Part shown: one piece after another, positions 10,592 to 20,374 of the stretch
Numbering within the stretch: position 1 is the first letter of the stretch
Layout of the letters: each line of letters starts with the position of its first letter
Source of the DNA: Prevotella sp.
GTDB lineage: Bacteria; Bacteroidota; Bacteroidia; Bacteroidales; Bacteroidaceae
Direction: 5' to 3'
Assembly: GCA_017400455.1 (NCBI GenBank)
Contig: JAFPTC010000145.1
Location: 22,696 to 86,695, forward strand
DNA: 64,000 nt
The notes under the pieces: model-generated
Databases searched by the model: none
What the model was told of the DNA's origin: nothing
What the model saw: the letters and a program-made list of their open reading frames with translations, nothing else
Position numbers and translations under genes: made by a program

Positions 10592-12100
10592 TTATTTCAC
10601 GGCATTAAAGAGGGCATTGACAATCTCAGCCTCTGTCCAATTGAGCGAGACGCGGTCGATGAGACCCATCCACCAGAGCGCGCTGGTGGCGTTCTGCTTC
10701 AACTTCTGTCCGAAGTAGGTGGCGTACTTGATGCGCTCGGCAGGATCCTTCTTGCCGTCGATGGCTCCGAACTCGCCGAAGAAGGCGGGAATGCCCAGTT
10801 CGCTGGCCTTCGACGTGACGCGCTGGAAGACGGCGTCGATGGTCTCGCGGCACTCGTCGTTGAACGTCAGGATGCTCCACTCGCCGTTGTCATTGCAGAA
10901 GTTATAGGGGTCGTAGCTGTGGACGGACATGAGGATGTGGTTGGCATGCTTGTCCTGGGGCACCACCAGCTCGTCGAGCACCGTCTGGGTGCTGGTGGCA
11001 GCATAGGGGTTGATGACGAGGTTGCGATACTCGTTGTTGCCACCCGTGGCGCGCACGGTATTGACGAAGTCCTGATGATAGCGGCGGATGGCCTCATAGG
11101 CGTCGTTGCCTGCGGCAGGGGGCGTCCATCCGGCATCGCTGTTGGTGTAGAGAATCTCGTTGAACGACTCGAAGAGCAGGTGGTCACCGTAGTCGCGGAA
11201 GGTGGTGGCTATCTGCTGCCACAGCTTCTTGTAGCGGTCGGCGGCACCGTTGTTGTAGGCTTCCATGTTGGCCTGCAGCCAGGCGGTGGCGGCGGCTCCC
11301 GTGTCGTGCTGCACGTTCAGGATGCAGTAGCTGCCGGTGGCGAGCACCATGTCTACCACTTCCTTCACGCGGGCCATCCAGGCGGGGTCAACCTGGTCGT
11401 TCTGATCCATGTGGATGTACCAGGTGACGGGGATGCGGAACACATTGAAGCCGCGCTCGGCAATGGCGTTGATGATGGCGGGCGTGGTGACGGGCTGGCC
11501 CCACGCGGTTTCCCAGTCGGCCGTGGTGGGCGTGCTGTCCTGCCACTTCTGTTCCCACCATCCGTCGCCGGTGGCGCTGGTGGGGTTCGAGTCGAGGGTG
11601 TTGCCCAGGTTGTAGCCCAGGAGGAAGTCTTCCAGCGTGGTCCACGACGAGGGGAAGGTGTCGCCTGGATCGGTGCCGGTGCCTAACTGGCGGATGGTGA
11701 TGTTCTGCTGCTGCGACTTGGTCTTCACGGTCAGCACGGCGGTGCGGGCATCGCCTTCGTTCTTCTTCACGCTCAAGCGCAGGAACGACCAGCGGTCGGT
11801 GTAGCCGTAGCCGGCGTGGTTGCTGATGCTGACCCACGAGGTGTCGCTCAGGCTGGCCGTCCAGTCGCCGTCGGCATCGATGCCGAGGATGGTGCTATAG
11901 GAGCCCATGCTCACGCTGAGCTGGTCGCCCACGGCCACGCTGTCTTTCATCACGGCCAGACGAGTGGCGGCGTTGGTACGGGTGGTGGCCACGGCGTCGT
12001 TGCCCAGGTCGTCGCTGCAGGAGGTGGTGGCTGCACCAAAGGCGCAGCACACCAGACCTGCAAGGAGGAAATTCTTGATATTCTTAATCATAGTCGTCAA
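10592..12100 (-). CDS. GH5 (GH5_4-like) endoglycanase lipoprotein with BACON domain
   Basis: Lipoprotein signal (TTSC); BACON-like WTAS..SW...N...R.A.L; GYNLGNTLD, WETAWGQP, FESFNE, FFGEFG. Confidence 0.88.
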   Translation of the reverse strand: MTTMIKNIKNFLLAGLVCCAFGAATTSCSDDLGNDAVATTRTNAATRLAVMKDSVAVGDQLSVSMGSYSTILGIDADGDWTASLSDTSWVSISNHAGYGYTDRWSFLRLSVKKNEGDARTAVLTVKTKSQQQNITIRQLGTGTDPGDTFPSSWTTLEDFLLGYNLGNTLDSNPTSATGDGWWEQKWQDSTPTTADWETAWGQPVTTPAIINAIAERGFNVFRIPVTWYIHMDQNDQVDPAWMARVKEVVDMVLATGSYCILNVQHDTGAAATAWLQANMEAYNNGAADRYKKLWQQIATTFRDYGDHLLFESFNEILYTNSDAGWTPPAAGNDAYEAIRRYHQDFVNTVRATGGNNEYRNLVINPYAATSTQTVLDELVVPQDKHANHILMSVHSYDPYNFCNDNGEWSILTFNDECRETIDAVFQRVTSKASELGIPAFFGEFGAIDGKKDPAERIKYATYFGQKLKQNATSALWWMGLIDRVSLNWTEAEIVNALFNAVK

Positions 12101-12125
12101 ATGTCAATCTTCAGGTTTCTTTTCT

Positions 12126-13763
12126 TCATTTCTTCGGAACGTAGATGATGCGCACGTTGTCGATGGACACGTCAACCTTTCCGCGAGAGGTGCTCTGGTT
12201 GGTGCTCTGGATGCGGAACTGGTGGATGCCGTCGGCCACGACGTCGGCGTAGGTCTTGCCAGCGAACTTGCTGAAGACGCTGAGCGGCAGGGCGTGGCGA
12301 TACCAGACGCCCGTGGGGGCCTGGCCGTTGATGTCGCAGAGCACGGGACGCTCGAACTTGCCTATCTGGGCGTCGTAGTCCTCCCAGTCGAAGCCATACT
12401 CGTACATGTTCACACCGCTCACGGGGTCGGTGCCCGACTCAGTCTTGTTGGGCAGCCAGAGGCGCAGGTAGCCCCAGTAGGAGCCGTTGTTGAAGTCGGA
12501 ATGGCTCAGCACGTTGGCGGCGAAGTAGACGTCGTCGGTAGAGGCGGTGGCGGGAATGACATCGTAGCTGGGCAGGGGGAAGACATTGCCGTCGCCACCT
12601 TCCCAGTCCTTGCGGAAGAACACCATCGTGCCCCACCACTGCTGGCCTTCCTGCGGCACGTAGATGTGGGCGTAGACGCCATCGGGCGTGTCATCGTCGT
12701 CATAGTCGGCATTGGGGCTCCAGCCATTGTCGATGGCATCGCCGTCGAAGGTGGTGAGCAGCGTGGTGTAGTCGTAGAAGCGGGGCGTTGACGAGGTGCC
12801 GCCGGGCGTGGTGACGCTCAGCGTGGTGGCACTGCCACGCGAGGGCTTCTGCGAGAACTTCACGCTGATGGTGTCTTCCGACTCCGACACGTAGAGGTCG
12901 TCGCCACTGACGGTGACATCGCCATAGCTGATGCTCTCAACCTGAACAAAGTCGCGGCCGGTGATGACAAGCGTCTCGCCCACCTGGGGCATGTCGTTCG
13001 ACACACCGAGAATGACGGGCAGGCCAGGCAGCACGCTGAAGGGGATGTAGGCGGTGCCGCCGGCACATTCCAGCACGAAGGCGCCTTCCTTGAAGTTGAT
13101 GTCGGGCATGGTGAAGCTCACCTGCGAAGTGGTCTCGTAGGCGTTGGTGGTGGTGTTGAGGTGGTGGTCTTTCACCACGGTCTGCACGGCACTCACCTCC
13201 ACATGGTTGCCGCCAATCTCCTTCCACACGGTGCTGTCGAGCTGGGCGGCAGGAATATCGGTGATGTAGGCTTTCTGGATGTCCACGAGGTTCAGGCCAT
13301 AGACGTTGACCACGTCGCCCTGCTGGCGCGGGTAGCTGGCCTGCAAGCGGGAGATGGACGGGCGCGGAGCCTTGATCTTGAAGGCGTAAGTAGCCACGCC
13401 GCCACGGGTCTCCACTCGAATCTCATCCTTCAGCTCGCTGTTGAAAGCGGTAAGCTCGAAGCCGTCGGCTTCAGAGGGTATCTTCACAATAATGCTGTGG
13501 TCGGTGTTGAACACGGAGTTGAACCACACCTGCTGATCGTTGATGTAGACGCGCTGGGCGTTGCCCAGGTTGCGGCCGATGATGACGATCAGCGAATCGG
13601 GGGCCGAAGCGGTGAAGAGGCTGTCGGCGTAGGCAGGATTGGTGATGCGCACGCCGGTAATCTCGGGTGCCCCTGCATCGTCGTCATCGCTGCACGCCAT
13701 GAAGGCATTGAAGCAGCAGAGCATGAGCACCAGCGCGGCCAGGTATTTGATTGTCTGTTTCAT
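12126..13763 (-). CDS. Surface glycan-binding lipoprotein (SGBP-B-like, IPT/TIG domains)
   Basis: Lipobox FMAC; repeated IxGxNL/ITGRDF IPT signatures; directly downstream of SusD. Confidence 0.8.
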   Translation of the reverse strand: MKQTIKYLAALVLMLCCFNAFMACSDDDDAGAPEITGVRITNPAYADSLFTASAPDSLIVIIGRNLGNAQRVYINDQQVWFNSVFNTDHSIIVKIPSEADGFELTAFNSELKDEIRVETRGGVATYAFKIKAPRPSISRLQASYPRQQGDVVNVYGLNLVDIQKAYITDIPAAQLDSTVWKEIGGNHVEVSAVQTVVKDHHLNTTTNAYETTSQVSFTMPDINFKEGAFVLECAGGTAYIPFSVLPGLPVILGVSNDMPQVGETLVITGRDFVQVESISYGDVTVSGDDLYVSESEDTISVKFSQKPSRGSATTLSVTTPGGTSSTPRFYDYTTLLTTFDGDAIDNGWSPNADYDDDDTPDGVYAHIYVPQEGQQWWGTMVFFRKDWEGGDGNVFPLPSYDVIPATASTDDVYFAANVLSHSDFNNGSYWGYLRLWLPNKTESGTDPVSGVNMYEYGFDWEDYDAQIGKFERPVLCDINGQAPTGVWYRHALPLSVFSKFAGKTYADVVADGIHQFRIQSTNQSTSRGKVDVSIDNVRIIYVPKK

Positions 13764-13778
13764 AACTGTCAGTTTATA

Positions 13779-15590
13779 TTATTCGTCGAACTTGTAGTTG
13801 ATGGGATCCTTGCGGAAGTTGGGATTCTGCAGCACGTCGCTCTCAGGATAGGGCATGAAGATGTTCTTCTCGCTGAGGCTGACAATGACGGCTCCGTCAG
13901 GAATCTTCGCACGGATGAGCGAGTCGAGGTTGAACTTGTAGCCGTGCTCCAGGTCCTGAGGCACGCCGTTGATGGTAACGATCTCGCCATTGGTGTCGCG
14001 CAGGCCGTCACTCCAGTAGCGCACCTCGTCGCCAGCGCCGTCGCCATTGAGGTCGTAATCCCAAACGCTGCTATACCAAGTGCCCACGGGGAAACCGGTG
14101 TAGGCAAAGGTGTTGTCGTCCTTGCGGATGATGTCGTTCTCGTTGATGATGTAGGCACGATGCTGCTTGTTGTTGAAGAAGTTGAGCATGTACTCGGGCT
14201 TCCAGCGATACCAGGTGACGAAGTCATACCAGTTGCTGTACTCCATGCAGAACTCGATGCGGCGCTCGCGGATGATGTCCTCGAAGGTGATGGGCTTCGT
14301 CCTTGCGGGCAGCTTGGCGCGCAGACGCAAAGCGTTGAAGGCGGCCAGTGCCTCGGGATCGTCGGTCTGCTGCTGGTTGCCCAGCAGGGCCTCAGCCTTG
14401 ATGAGGAAGACGTCAGCATAGCGCATGATGTAGGTGTTCAGCGGCGATGCCTGTCCCTTCAAGTGGCCGTCGCAGTCGGCAGTGGTGCCCACGACGCCTT
14501 TCTTATTCTGCATCCATTTCTTCTTGTAGGTGTAGCCGCCTTCATCCGAGCGGATGTAGTCGTAATGGCGGTTCTGCGTGAAGAAAGTGGCGCGCAGACG
14601 GAACGAGTCGGCGGGCTCCTCGTTGTAGTAGTCGATCATGTCGGGCGTGGCGGAGAGGTTGCCGCCCCAGGCTGCCACGTCGGTCACCTCGGCGAAGGTC
14701 AGCGTAGCCACAAGGGCGTTCACCGTGCCCCATCCGCCCACGAGGGGATCGGCCCAGCGCATGGCGAGGATGGTCTCGCTGTTGTCGTTATACTGCGGAC
14801 GGAAGAGGTTCTCATAGTCGTCGAGCAGGGCGTAAGTACCACTGTTGATGACCTCGTCGCAAAGGCTGACGACACGCTTCAGCGTCTGCTCGTCGCGAGT
14901 GCCGCCCTTGTTCCATCCGCTCTGGGCCAGCAGCACCTTGGCCAGCAGGGCCTTGGCAGCATAGAGCGAAGGATGGTTGTCCTTGTCCACGGCGGGCAGC
15001 AGCTCGGCAGCAGCCTCCAGGTCGCGGACGATGAACTCCAGCACGCTCTCCTCAGTGCTCAGCGGCATGATGGGGTTGGCGGCTGCTTCGTCGTTATCCT
15101 CGAAGAGAATCACTTCACCCCAGGCGCGCAGCAGGTAGAAGTAGGCCACGCCACGCATCAGGTGGGCTTCGCCCAGAGCCTGGTTCTTCACTTCCTCGCT
15201 CACCTCAGGGTAGCAGTAGCGGGGGATGTTGTTCAGAATGGCGTTGGCAAAGGTGACCACGGTGTACATGGCTCCCCAAGCGTGGCTGACATCCTGTGTC
15301 AGGCCAGTGGTCTGGAACAGTGCGAACTCGGCATTGTTATAGGGGTTAAACGAGTCGTTGGCGCGCAGCGACCCCATGCCGATGATGGCGTTGTTGTTGT
15401 AGTACGACCAAGCCTTGTTGTAGAGTGGCTCGGTGGCCTTGATGACGGCCTCGTCGCTGGAGTAGAAGGTCTCAGCCGTGTATTGGTTCAGTGGCGGACG
15501 GTCGAGGAAATCGTCGCTACAGCCCATCACTGAGAGGCTGAGCGTGCCCAAGGCCAGTATCTGGAAAAACTTATTCTTGTTCATATACAA
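13779..15590 (-). CDS. SusD/RagB-family lipoprotein
   Basis: GCSDDFLDRPP; GEAHLMRGVAYFYL; MRYADVFLIKAEA; ERRIEFCME (start may be 15584). Confidence 0.95.
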   Translation of the reverse strand: MYMNKNKFFQILALGTLSLSVMGCSDDFLDRPPLNQYTAETFYSSDEAVIKATEPLYNKAWSYYNNNAIIGMGSLRANDSFNPYNNAEFALFQTTGLTQDVSHAWGAMYTVVTFANAILNNIPRYCYPEVSEEVKNQALGEAHLMRGVAYFYLLRAWGEVILFEDNDEAAANPIMPLSTEESVLEFIVRDLEAAAELLPAVDKDNHPSLYAAKALLAKVLLAQSGWNKGGTRDEQTLKRVVSLCDEVINSGTYALLDDYENLFRPQYNDNSETILAMRWADPLVGGWGTVNALVATLTFAEVTDVAAWGGNLSATPDMIDYYNEEPADSFRLRATFFTQNRHYDYIRSDEGGYTYKKKWMQNKKGVVGTTADCDGHLKGQASPLNTYIMRYADVFLIKAEALLGNQQQTDDPEALAAFNALRLRAKLPARTKPITFEDIIRERRIEFCMEYSNWYDFVTWYRWKPEYMLNFFNNKQHRAYIINENDIIRKDDNTFAYTGFPVGTWYSSVWDYDLNGDGAGDEVRYWSDGLRDTNGEIVTINGVPQDLEHGYKFNLDSLIRAKIPDGAVIVSLSEKNIFMPYPESDVLQNPNFRKDPINYKFDE

Positions 15591-15599
15591 TATTATATA

Positions 15600-18500
15600 T
15601 TAGAAGCTTACTTTGAGACCGAAGTTATAAATGCGCTGCGAGGGATAGCGGTAGTTGTCCAGGCCCGTCAGCTTCACGTTCTGGTTGTAGCTGCCCAGCT
15701 CGGGATCGTAGCCGTCGTAGCCAGTGATGGTGAAGAGGTTCTGCACATTGCCGTAGACCTGCACCCAGTCGAGCTTCAGCGGCTTGAGCCACTTCTTCGG
15801 CAGGTTCCAGGCCAGCGAGAGGGTCTTCAGACGGATATAGGAACCATCCTCAACGAAACGTGTGCTGACACGGTTGTTGTCGTTCATGTTCTGGCCGTTA
15901 GCCGTGATGCGCTGCACCTTGGCCGAGCGGGGATTGGCCAGATAGACGTTCGACAGGTCGGTAACCGAGCCGTTGGGGTCGCGCATCTCCACGCGGGCGT
16001 ATTCGGCCACGTCGGCCAGCTTGTTGCCCCAGCCCATGGGGTCGGTGTGGCGCTGGCGCACGAGGTTGTAGACATCGTTGCCCACGCTGCCGTTGAAGAA
16101 GAAGCTCAGCTCGAAGTCCTTCCAAGTGATGACATTGTTGATACCGAAGGTGAAATCGGGGTTGGGGTCGCCGATGTACTTACGGTCGCTCTCGTCGATG
16201 ACGCCGTCGTTGTTCACGTCCTCATAGATATAGTCGCCCACCCAGATGCTGCTGGGCGATATCTCGTACATATTACCCTCGCCGTCGGCCGGACGGGCCA
16301 CGGGGATGCGCTGGCCGTTCTGGTCGAGCATGAACTCGCCGAGGCTGTTCTTCTGATAGAAGTCGTCCTCGCAGGTGAACATGCCGATGACGTTGTAGCC
16401 ATAGAAGCGACCCACGGGGCCACCCTCTTTCGACATGGTGTAGGTGTTGGTGTCGCCAGGATACGTTCCAGGCAGCATAGCGCTCTCGCTGTTGAGCTTA
16501 GTCACCTTGTTGCGGTTCAAGCTGAAGGTCACACCCGTGCGCCACTCCAGGTCTTTCGACTTCAGGTTCACCGTGTTCAGGGTGAACTCAAAGCCCTTGT
16601 TCTGAATCGAGCCGGTGTTCTCCCACTGGGGCGAGATGCCGTTCCAGGTCTCCGAGGGGACAAGGTACATGGGCAGGGCAGCCTCCAGCAGCAGGTTGTC
16701 GGTCTTCTTCAGATAGGCATCAATGATGAACTCGATGCGTCCGCTGAGGAAGTTCATGTCGAGACCTACGTTCCAGGCGTTGGTCGACTCCCATTGCAGG
16801 CTCTTGTTGGGGAAGTTGGCGGGATAATAGCCCGTTCCCCAGGCGGTAGCCACGTTGGCCATAGCCACGCCGTAGGCATAGCCAGGTGTTGACTGGTTGC
16901 CCACATGACCCCAGCCCAGACGCAGCTTCAGGTTGTCGAGCCAGTCCACGTCCTGCAGGAATTTCTCCTGGCTGACGCGCCAGGCCAGAGCTGCCGAGGG
17001 GAAGTAGCCCCACTTCGAGCCTTTGTCGAAATTGCTGGAGCCGTCGGCACGCAGGGTGGCGGTGAGCAGATACTTGTCTAAGAGGTTATAGTTTAGTCGG
17101 CCGTAGTAGGACTCGATGGCCCAGTCGGCACCCTGCTCGCCGTTGGTGGCGGTGGCAGCATCGCCCACGGCCAGACTCTTCACTGCGCTGCTGATGTAGC
17201 CGTTGCGGTCGGCACTGATGTTGCCCCAGTAGCCCTCCTGGCTCTCATGACCGGCCATGATCTGCAGGTGGTGGCCCTTGAAGGGGTCGAAGTCGTAGGT
17301 GGCATACTGCTTGAACGATTCGTAGGTGTTGCGCGACTCGGTCTTCGACAGGCGCGACTCTACGACCACGTTGCCGTAGCTGTAGTCGGGCTGGAAGTAG
17401 AGCGAGTTGCCCCACGAGCGGCTGCCGCCGTACTCCACGCGCAGGTTGAGGCCCTTCACGGGGTTGATGTTGGCAAAGAAGTTATAGTTCAGATCGTTGT
17501 TCTTGCGCCAGTTGTCGCGCATAGTGGCCTCGAAGAGCGGGTTCGACTGATACTGGAAGTCGTGGGTCTCGCCAAAGCCTATCGAGCCGTCGGGGTTGTA
17601 GGGTGCCACGTCGGGATACTGCACCAAGGCCGTCTGAATGGCTCCCGACTCCTCGAAGGTGACGGTGCGGTCGGTGTTGGCGAAGTAGCCGTTGACGCCC
17701 ACCTGCAGCCAGGGAGCGATGTTGGTGTCGAAGTTCACGCGGGCCGACACGCGCTCGAAGCCCGAGCCGATGGCAATACCGTCCTGGTCGAGGTATCCGG
17801 CCGAGATGGCGTAGTGCATGTCCTCGGTACCGCCGTTGATGCCCACCTGGTGGTTGTGCATGAAGGCGGTGCGGAAGAGCACGTCCTGCCAGTCGGTGCC
17901 TTCGGTGAAGAGGCTGGGATCGCGATACTCATAGCTCTCGCCCCAGCCCATCAGCTTGGCGCGGATGCTGTGATAGTCGGCATACTGTGCCAGGTTCATC
18001 ACGTCGAGCTGCGAGGGCAGCTGCTGCCAGCCCATATAGCCCTCGTAGGAGAGCTTCGGCTTGCCATTCTGGCCGCGCTTGGTGGTGATGAGCACCACGC
18101 CGTTCGAGGCTCGGCTACCATAGATGGCCGTGGCCGAGGCATCCTTGAGCACCTCCAGCGACACGATGTCTGAGGGGTTCAGGCTGCTGAGTGCCGACGA
18201 GTTGCCGTCGGTCTGTCCGCTCACGGCAATACCATCGATGACGTAGAGCGGCTCGTTACCATTGAGCGAGTTGATACCACGGATTTGCACCGAGATGCCA
18301 CCGCCAGGGGCGCCCGAGTTCTGCGTGACCTGCACGCCGGCGATGCGGCCCTGCATGGCCTGCTCGATGTTGGTGTTCACGCCCTGCTTGATTTGCTCCT
18401 CGCCAATGCTGGAGACAGAGCCGGTGAGGTCGGAGCGCTTCATCACGCCATAGCCCACGACCACCACCTGGTCGAGCATGTTCACATCCTCGGCCAGCTT

Positions 18501-18812
18501 GATGTTCATCGTGCCGGCCTTAGTCACTTTCACTTGCTGGGTTTTGTAGCCTACATAGCTCACTTCCAGCGTCTCGCCCTGTTTCACGGCCATTTTAAAC
18601 TGGCCGTTGAAGTCGGTGATGGAGCCGCTGCCCATGCCTTTCACTTTCACCGTGGCGCCAATGATTTCCTCGCCGGTAGCAGCGTCGGTCACGGTGCCTT
18701 GCACCTCGACGTTCTGCGCCAGTACAGAAAGCGGCAACAGGAGCATCAGGCCCATGGCCAGACTCCTGCCCCGTGCAAGCGCTCTGATGAGTAGAGAGAA
18801 CGTTTCTTTCAT
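15600..18812 (-). CDS. SusC/RagA TonB-dependent transporter
   Basis: VVVVGYG, LKDASATAIYGSRASNGVVLITTKRG, terminal Phe (GLKVSF). Confidence 0.97.
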   Translation of the reverse strand: MKETFSLLIRALARGRSLAMGLMLLLPLSVLAQNVEVQGTVTDAATGEEIIGATVKVKGMGSGSITDFNGQFKMAVKQGETLEVSYVGYKTQQVKVTKAGTMNIKLAEDVNMLDQVVVVGYGVMKRSDLTGSVSSIGEEQIKQGVNTNIEQAMQGRIAGVQVTQNSGAPGGGISVQIRGINSLNGNEPLYVIDGIAVSGQTDGNSSALSSLNPSDIVSLEVLKDASATAIYGSRASNGVVLITTKRGQNGKPKLSYEGYMGWQQLPSQLDVMNLAQYADYHSIRAKLMGWGESYEYRDPSLFTEGTDWQDVLFRTAFMHNHQVGINGGTEDMHYAISAGYLDQDGIAIGSGFERVSARVNFDTNIAPWLQVGVNGYFANTDRTVTFEESGAIQTALVQYPDVAPYNPDGSIGFGETHDFQYQSNPLFEATMRDNWRKNNDLNYNFFANINPVKGLNLRVEYGGSRSWGNSLYFQPDYSYGNVVVESRLSKTESRNTYESFKQYATYDFDPFKGHHLQIMAGHESQEGYWGNISADRNGYISSAVKSLAVGDAATATNGEQGADWAIESYYGRLNYNLLDKYLLTATLRADGSSNFDKGSKWGYFPSAALAWRVSQEKFLQDVDWLDNLKLRLGWGHVGNQSTPGYAYGVAMANVATAWGTGYYPANFPNKSLQWESTNAWNVGLDMNFLSGRIEFIIDAYLKKTDNLLLEAALPMYLVPSETWNGISPQWENTGSIQNKGFEFTLNTVNLKSKDLEWRTGVTFSLNRNKVTKLNSESAMLPGTYPGDTNTYTMSKEGGPVGRFYGYNVIGMFTCEDDFYQKNSLGEFMLDQNGQRIPVARPADGEGNMYEISPSSIWVGDYIYEDVNNDGVIDESDRKYIGDPNPDFTFGINNVITWKDFELSFFFNGSVGNDVYNLVRQRHTDPMGWGNKLADVAEYARVEMRDPNGSVTDLSNVYLANPRSAKVQRITANGQNMNDNNRVSTRFVEDGSYIRLKTLSLAWNLPKKWLKPLKLDWVQVYGNVQNLFTITGYDGYDPELGSYNQNVKLTGLDNYRYPSQRIYNFGLKVSF

Positions 18813-18842
18813 ATAAAAAATATTAGTTAGTTATAAATGTCT

Positions 18843-18955
18843 TGAAGTTTTTAAGTTTATAAGTTTATAAGTTCTGTCTTGATGTCTTGTTGTCTTGATG
18901 TCTTGATGTCAAACCATCTTGATGTCTTGCCTTGTTGTCTCACCGGCTTGATGTC
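18843..18955. repeat. Solo 8-mer arrays (TAAGTTTA-like, then TTG(A/T)TGTC) between GH5 and susC
   Basis: TTGATGTC TTGTTGTC TTGATGTC TTGATGTC AAACCATC TTGATGTC from 18879; same unit as 46552-46655. Confidence 0.85.
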
Positions 18956-20235
18956 GGATGATACTTCTTGATGACGGCAATGGTGGACGAATCGCAGTCG
19001 AACACTGAGTTCAGTCCCTGCGCCTCCTGTGCGGGGTCACCGCAGTAGGGATCACCCACCTGCCACTGCTCCTGGTGCAGCGGTCGAGCCTCGCCGCCCC
19101 ATGCCCAGAAGTTACAGCCCTTCACGATGCTGTCGCCCATGGCCATCTGGAAGATGTAGTCGTAATACTGGTCGCGGGCGGTGGTGGGCGAGCCGGCGTC
19201 GTACTTGAAGCTGTCACGCGGATAGCCAAACTCCTCGATGACCAGCGGTTTCTGCAGCTTTCGGGCCAGACGGATATGCTCCTTCAGGTATTCGCCCGAG
19301 TTCTGGCAGGCCCGTCCGATGTTCTCCTGCAGCGAGTCGCGCTTAGCCCAGTTCCAGTTGTAGGGCCAGATGTGGGCGTTCATGTAGTCGATGTTCGGGT
19401 CGGCCGAGATACGTTCGTAGAGGGCCGTGTCGTTCTCGCAACCCCAAATGCCCTCCGAGCCGATGGAGATGAGGTGATTCTTGTCGAGCGAGCGGATGAG
19501 TGCCGAGGCCTCGCTGAGCCACTTGGCAAAGGGCTCTTTCGACTCCTCGCTGAAGGCGCGTGGCTCGTTGCCTATCTGCCAGGCCATGATGGCGGGGTCG
19601 TCCGTATAGGCCACATTGGTATAGCGGTTGGTGCGGCCGATGATGTCGCGCACATACTGATAGAACAGTTCGTGGGCCTTCTCGTTCAGGGCATACTGGG
19701 CCATGGCCTTCATAAAGGCCTGATAGCCGTCCTCGTTGGGGCGCGGCTGCTTGCCGGCGCCGGCCTGCTCCAGATAGAAGCCATAGCCGCCGCTCCACTC
19801 CCACGAGTTGTTCAGGTAGAGCACAGCCTTCATGCCGCGCTCGCCCATCTGCTGGAGCAGGTAGTCCAGTCCGGCCAGGATGGTGTCGTTATAAACGCCG
19901 GGAGCCACCTGCAGCGTTGGTTCCACCTTCGTGGTCACGCCGCGCTCGCCATCGCTGCCCACGAGGATGCGCAGGTTGTCCAGGCCCAGCTCGTGCAGCT
20001 TGTCCAGCTCGCGGCAGAGGCGCTGGCGGTCGCCGCCCTGACCCTCAGAGGCGAGGATGGCCCCATACCAGAAATTGGTGCCCACGAAGCGATACTCCTG
20101 TCCGTTGAGCACGAAGGCAGCGCCGTCGCGCTGTACGAAGGGGCTTGCAGCGGGAGCTGCTTTCTTCTCTGTACACGCAGCAAATGCCATCACTGAAACA
20201 GCGATGACGCATAAAAAAAGGCATATTCTTCTCAT
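18940..20235 (-). CDS. GH5 (GH5_7-like) beta-mannanase/mannosidase
   Basis: GTNFWYGAILAS, NNSWEWSGGY, WQIGNEPR, HIWPYNW, VIEEFG, NFWAWGG. Confidence 0.88.
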   Translation of the reverse strand: MRRICLFLCVIAVSVMAFAACTEKKAAPAASPFVQRDGAAFVLNGQEYRFVGTNFWYGAILASEGQGGDRQRLCRELDKLHELGLDNLRILVGSDGERGVTTKVEPTLQVAPGVYNDTILAGLDYLLQQMGERGMKAVLYLNNSWEWSGGYGFYLEQAGAGKQPRPNEDGYQAFMKAMAQYALNEKAHELFYQYVRDIIGRTNRYTNVAYTDDPAIMAWQIGNEPRAFSEESKEPFAKWLSEASALIRSLDKNHLISIGSEGIWGCENDTALYERISADPNIDYMNAHIWPYNWNWAKRDSLQENIGRACQNSGEYLKEHIRLARKLQKPLVIEEFGYPRDSFKYDAGSPTTARDQYYDYIFQMAMGDSIVKGCNFWAWGGEARPLHQEQWQVGDPYCGDPAQEAQGLNSVFDCDSSTIAVIKKYHPTSSR

Positions 20236-20374
20236 GGCGTTTATCGGTTGTTAGTCGTTTTCTGTTATTGTCGGTGCAAAATTAAGCAAAAAACGGCTAA
20301 CTAAGTGATACTTTTATAGCAAAAAAACATACTTTCGCAAAAAAGTCATGTTTTCTTCCTTTTTCGCCACAGGG

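Noticed and set aside
13161-15533. Long antisense ORFs (e.g. 790 aa here; also 8949-10466, 33767-35335, 48127-49794)
   Set aside because: Shadow frames opposite well-supported genes, expected from high GC3 codon bias; no recognisable motifs
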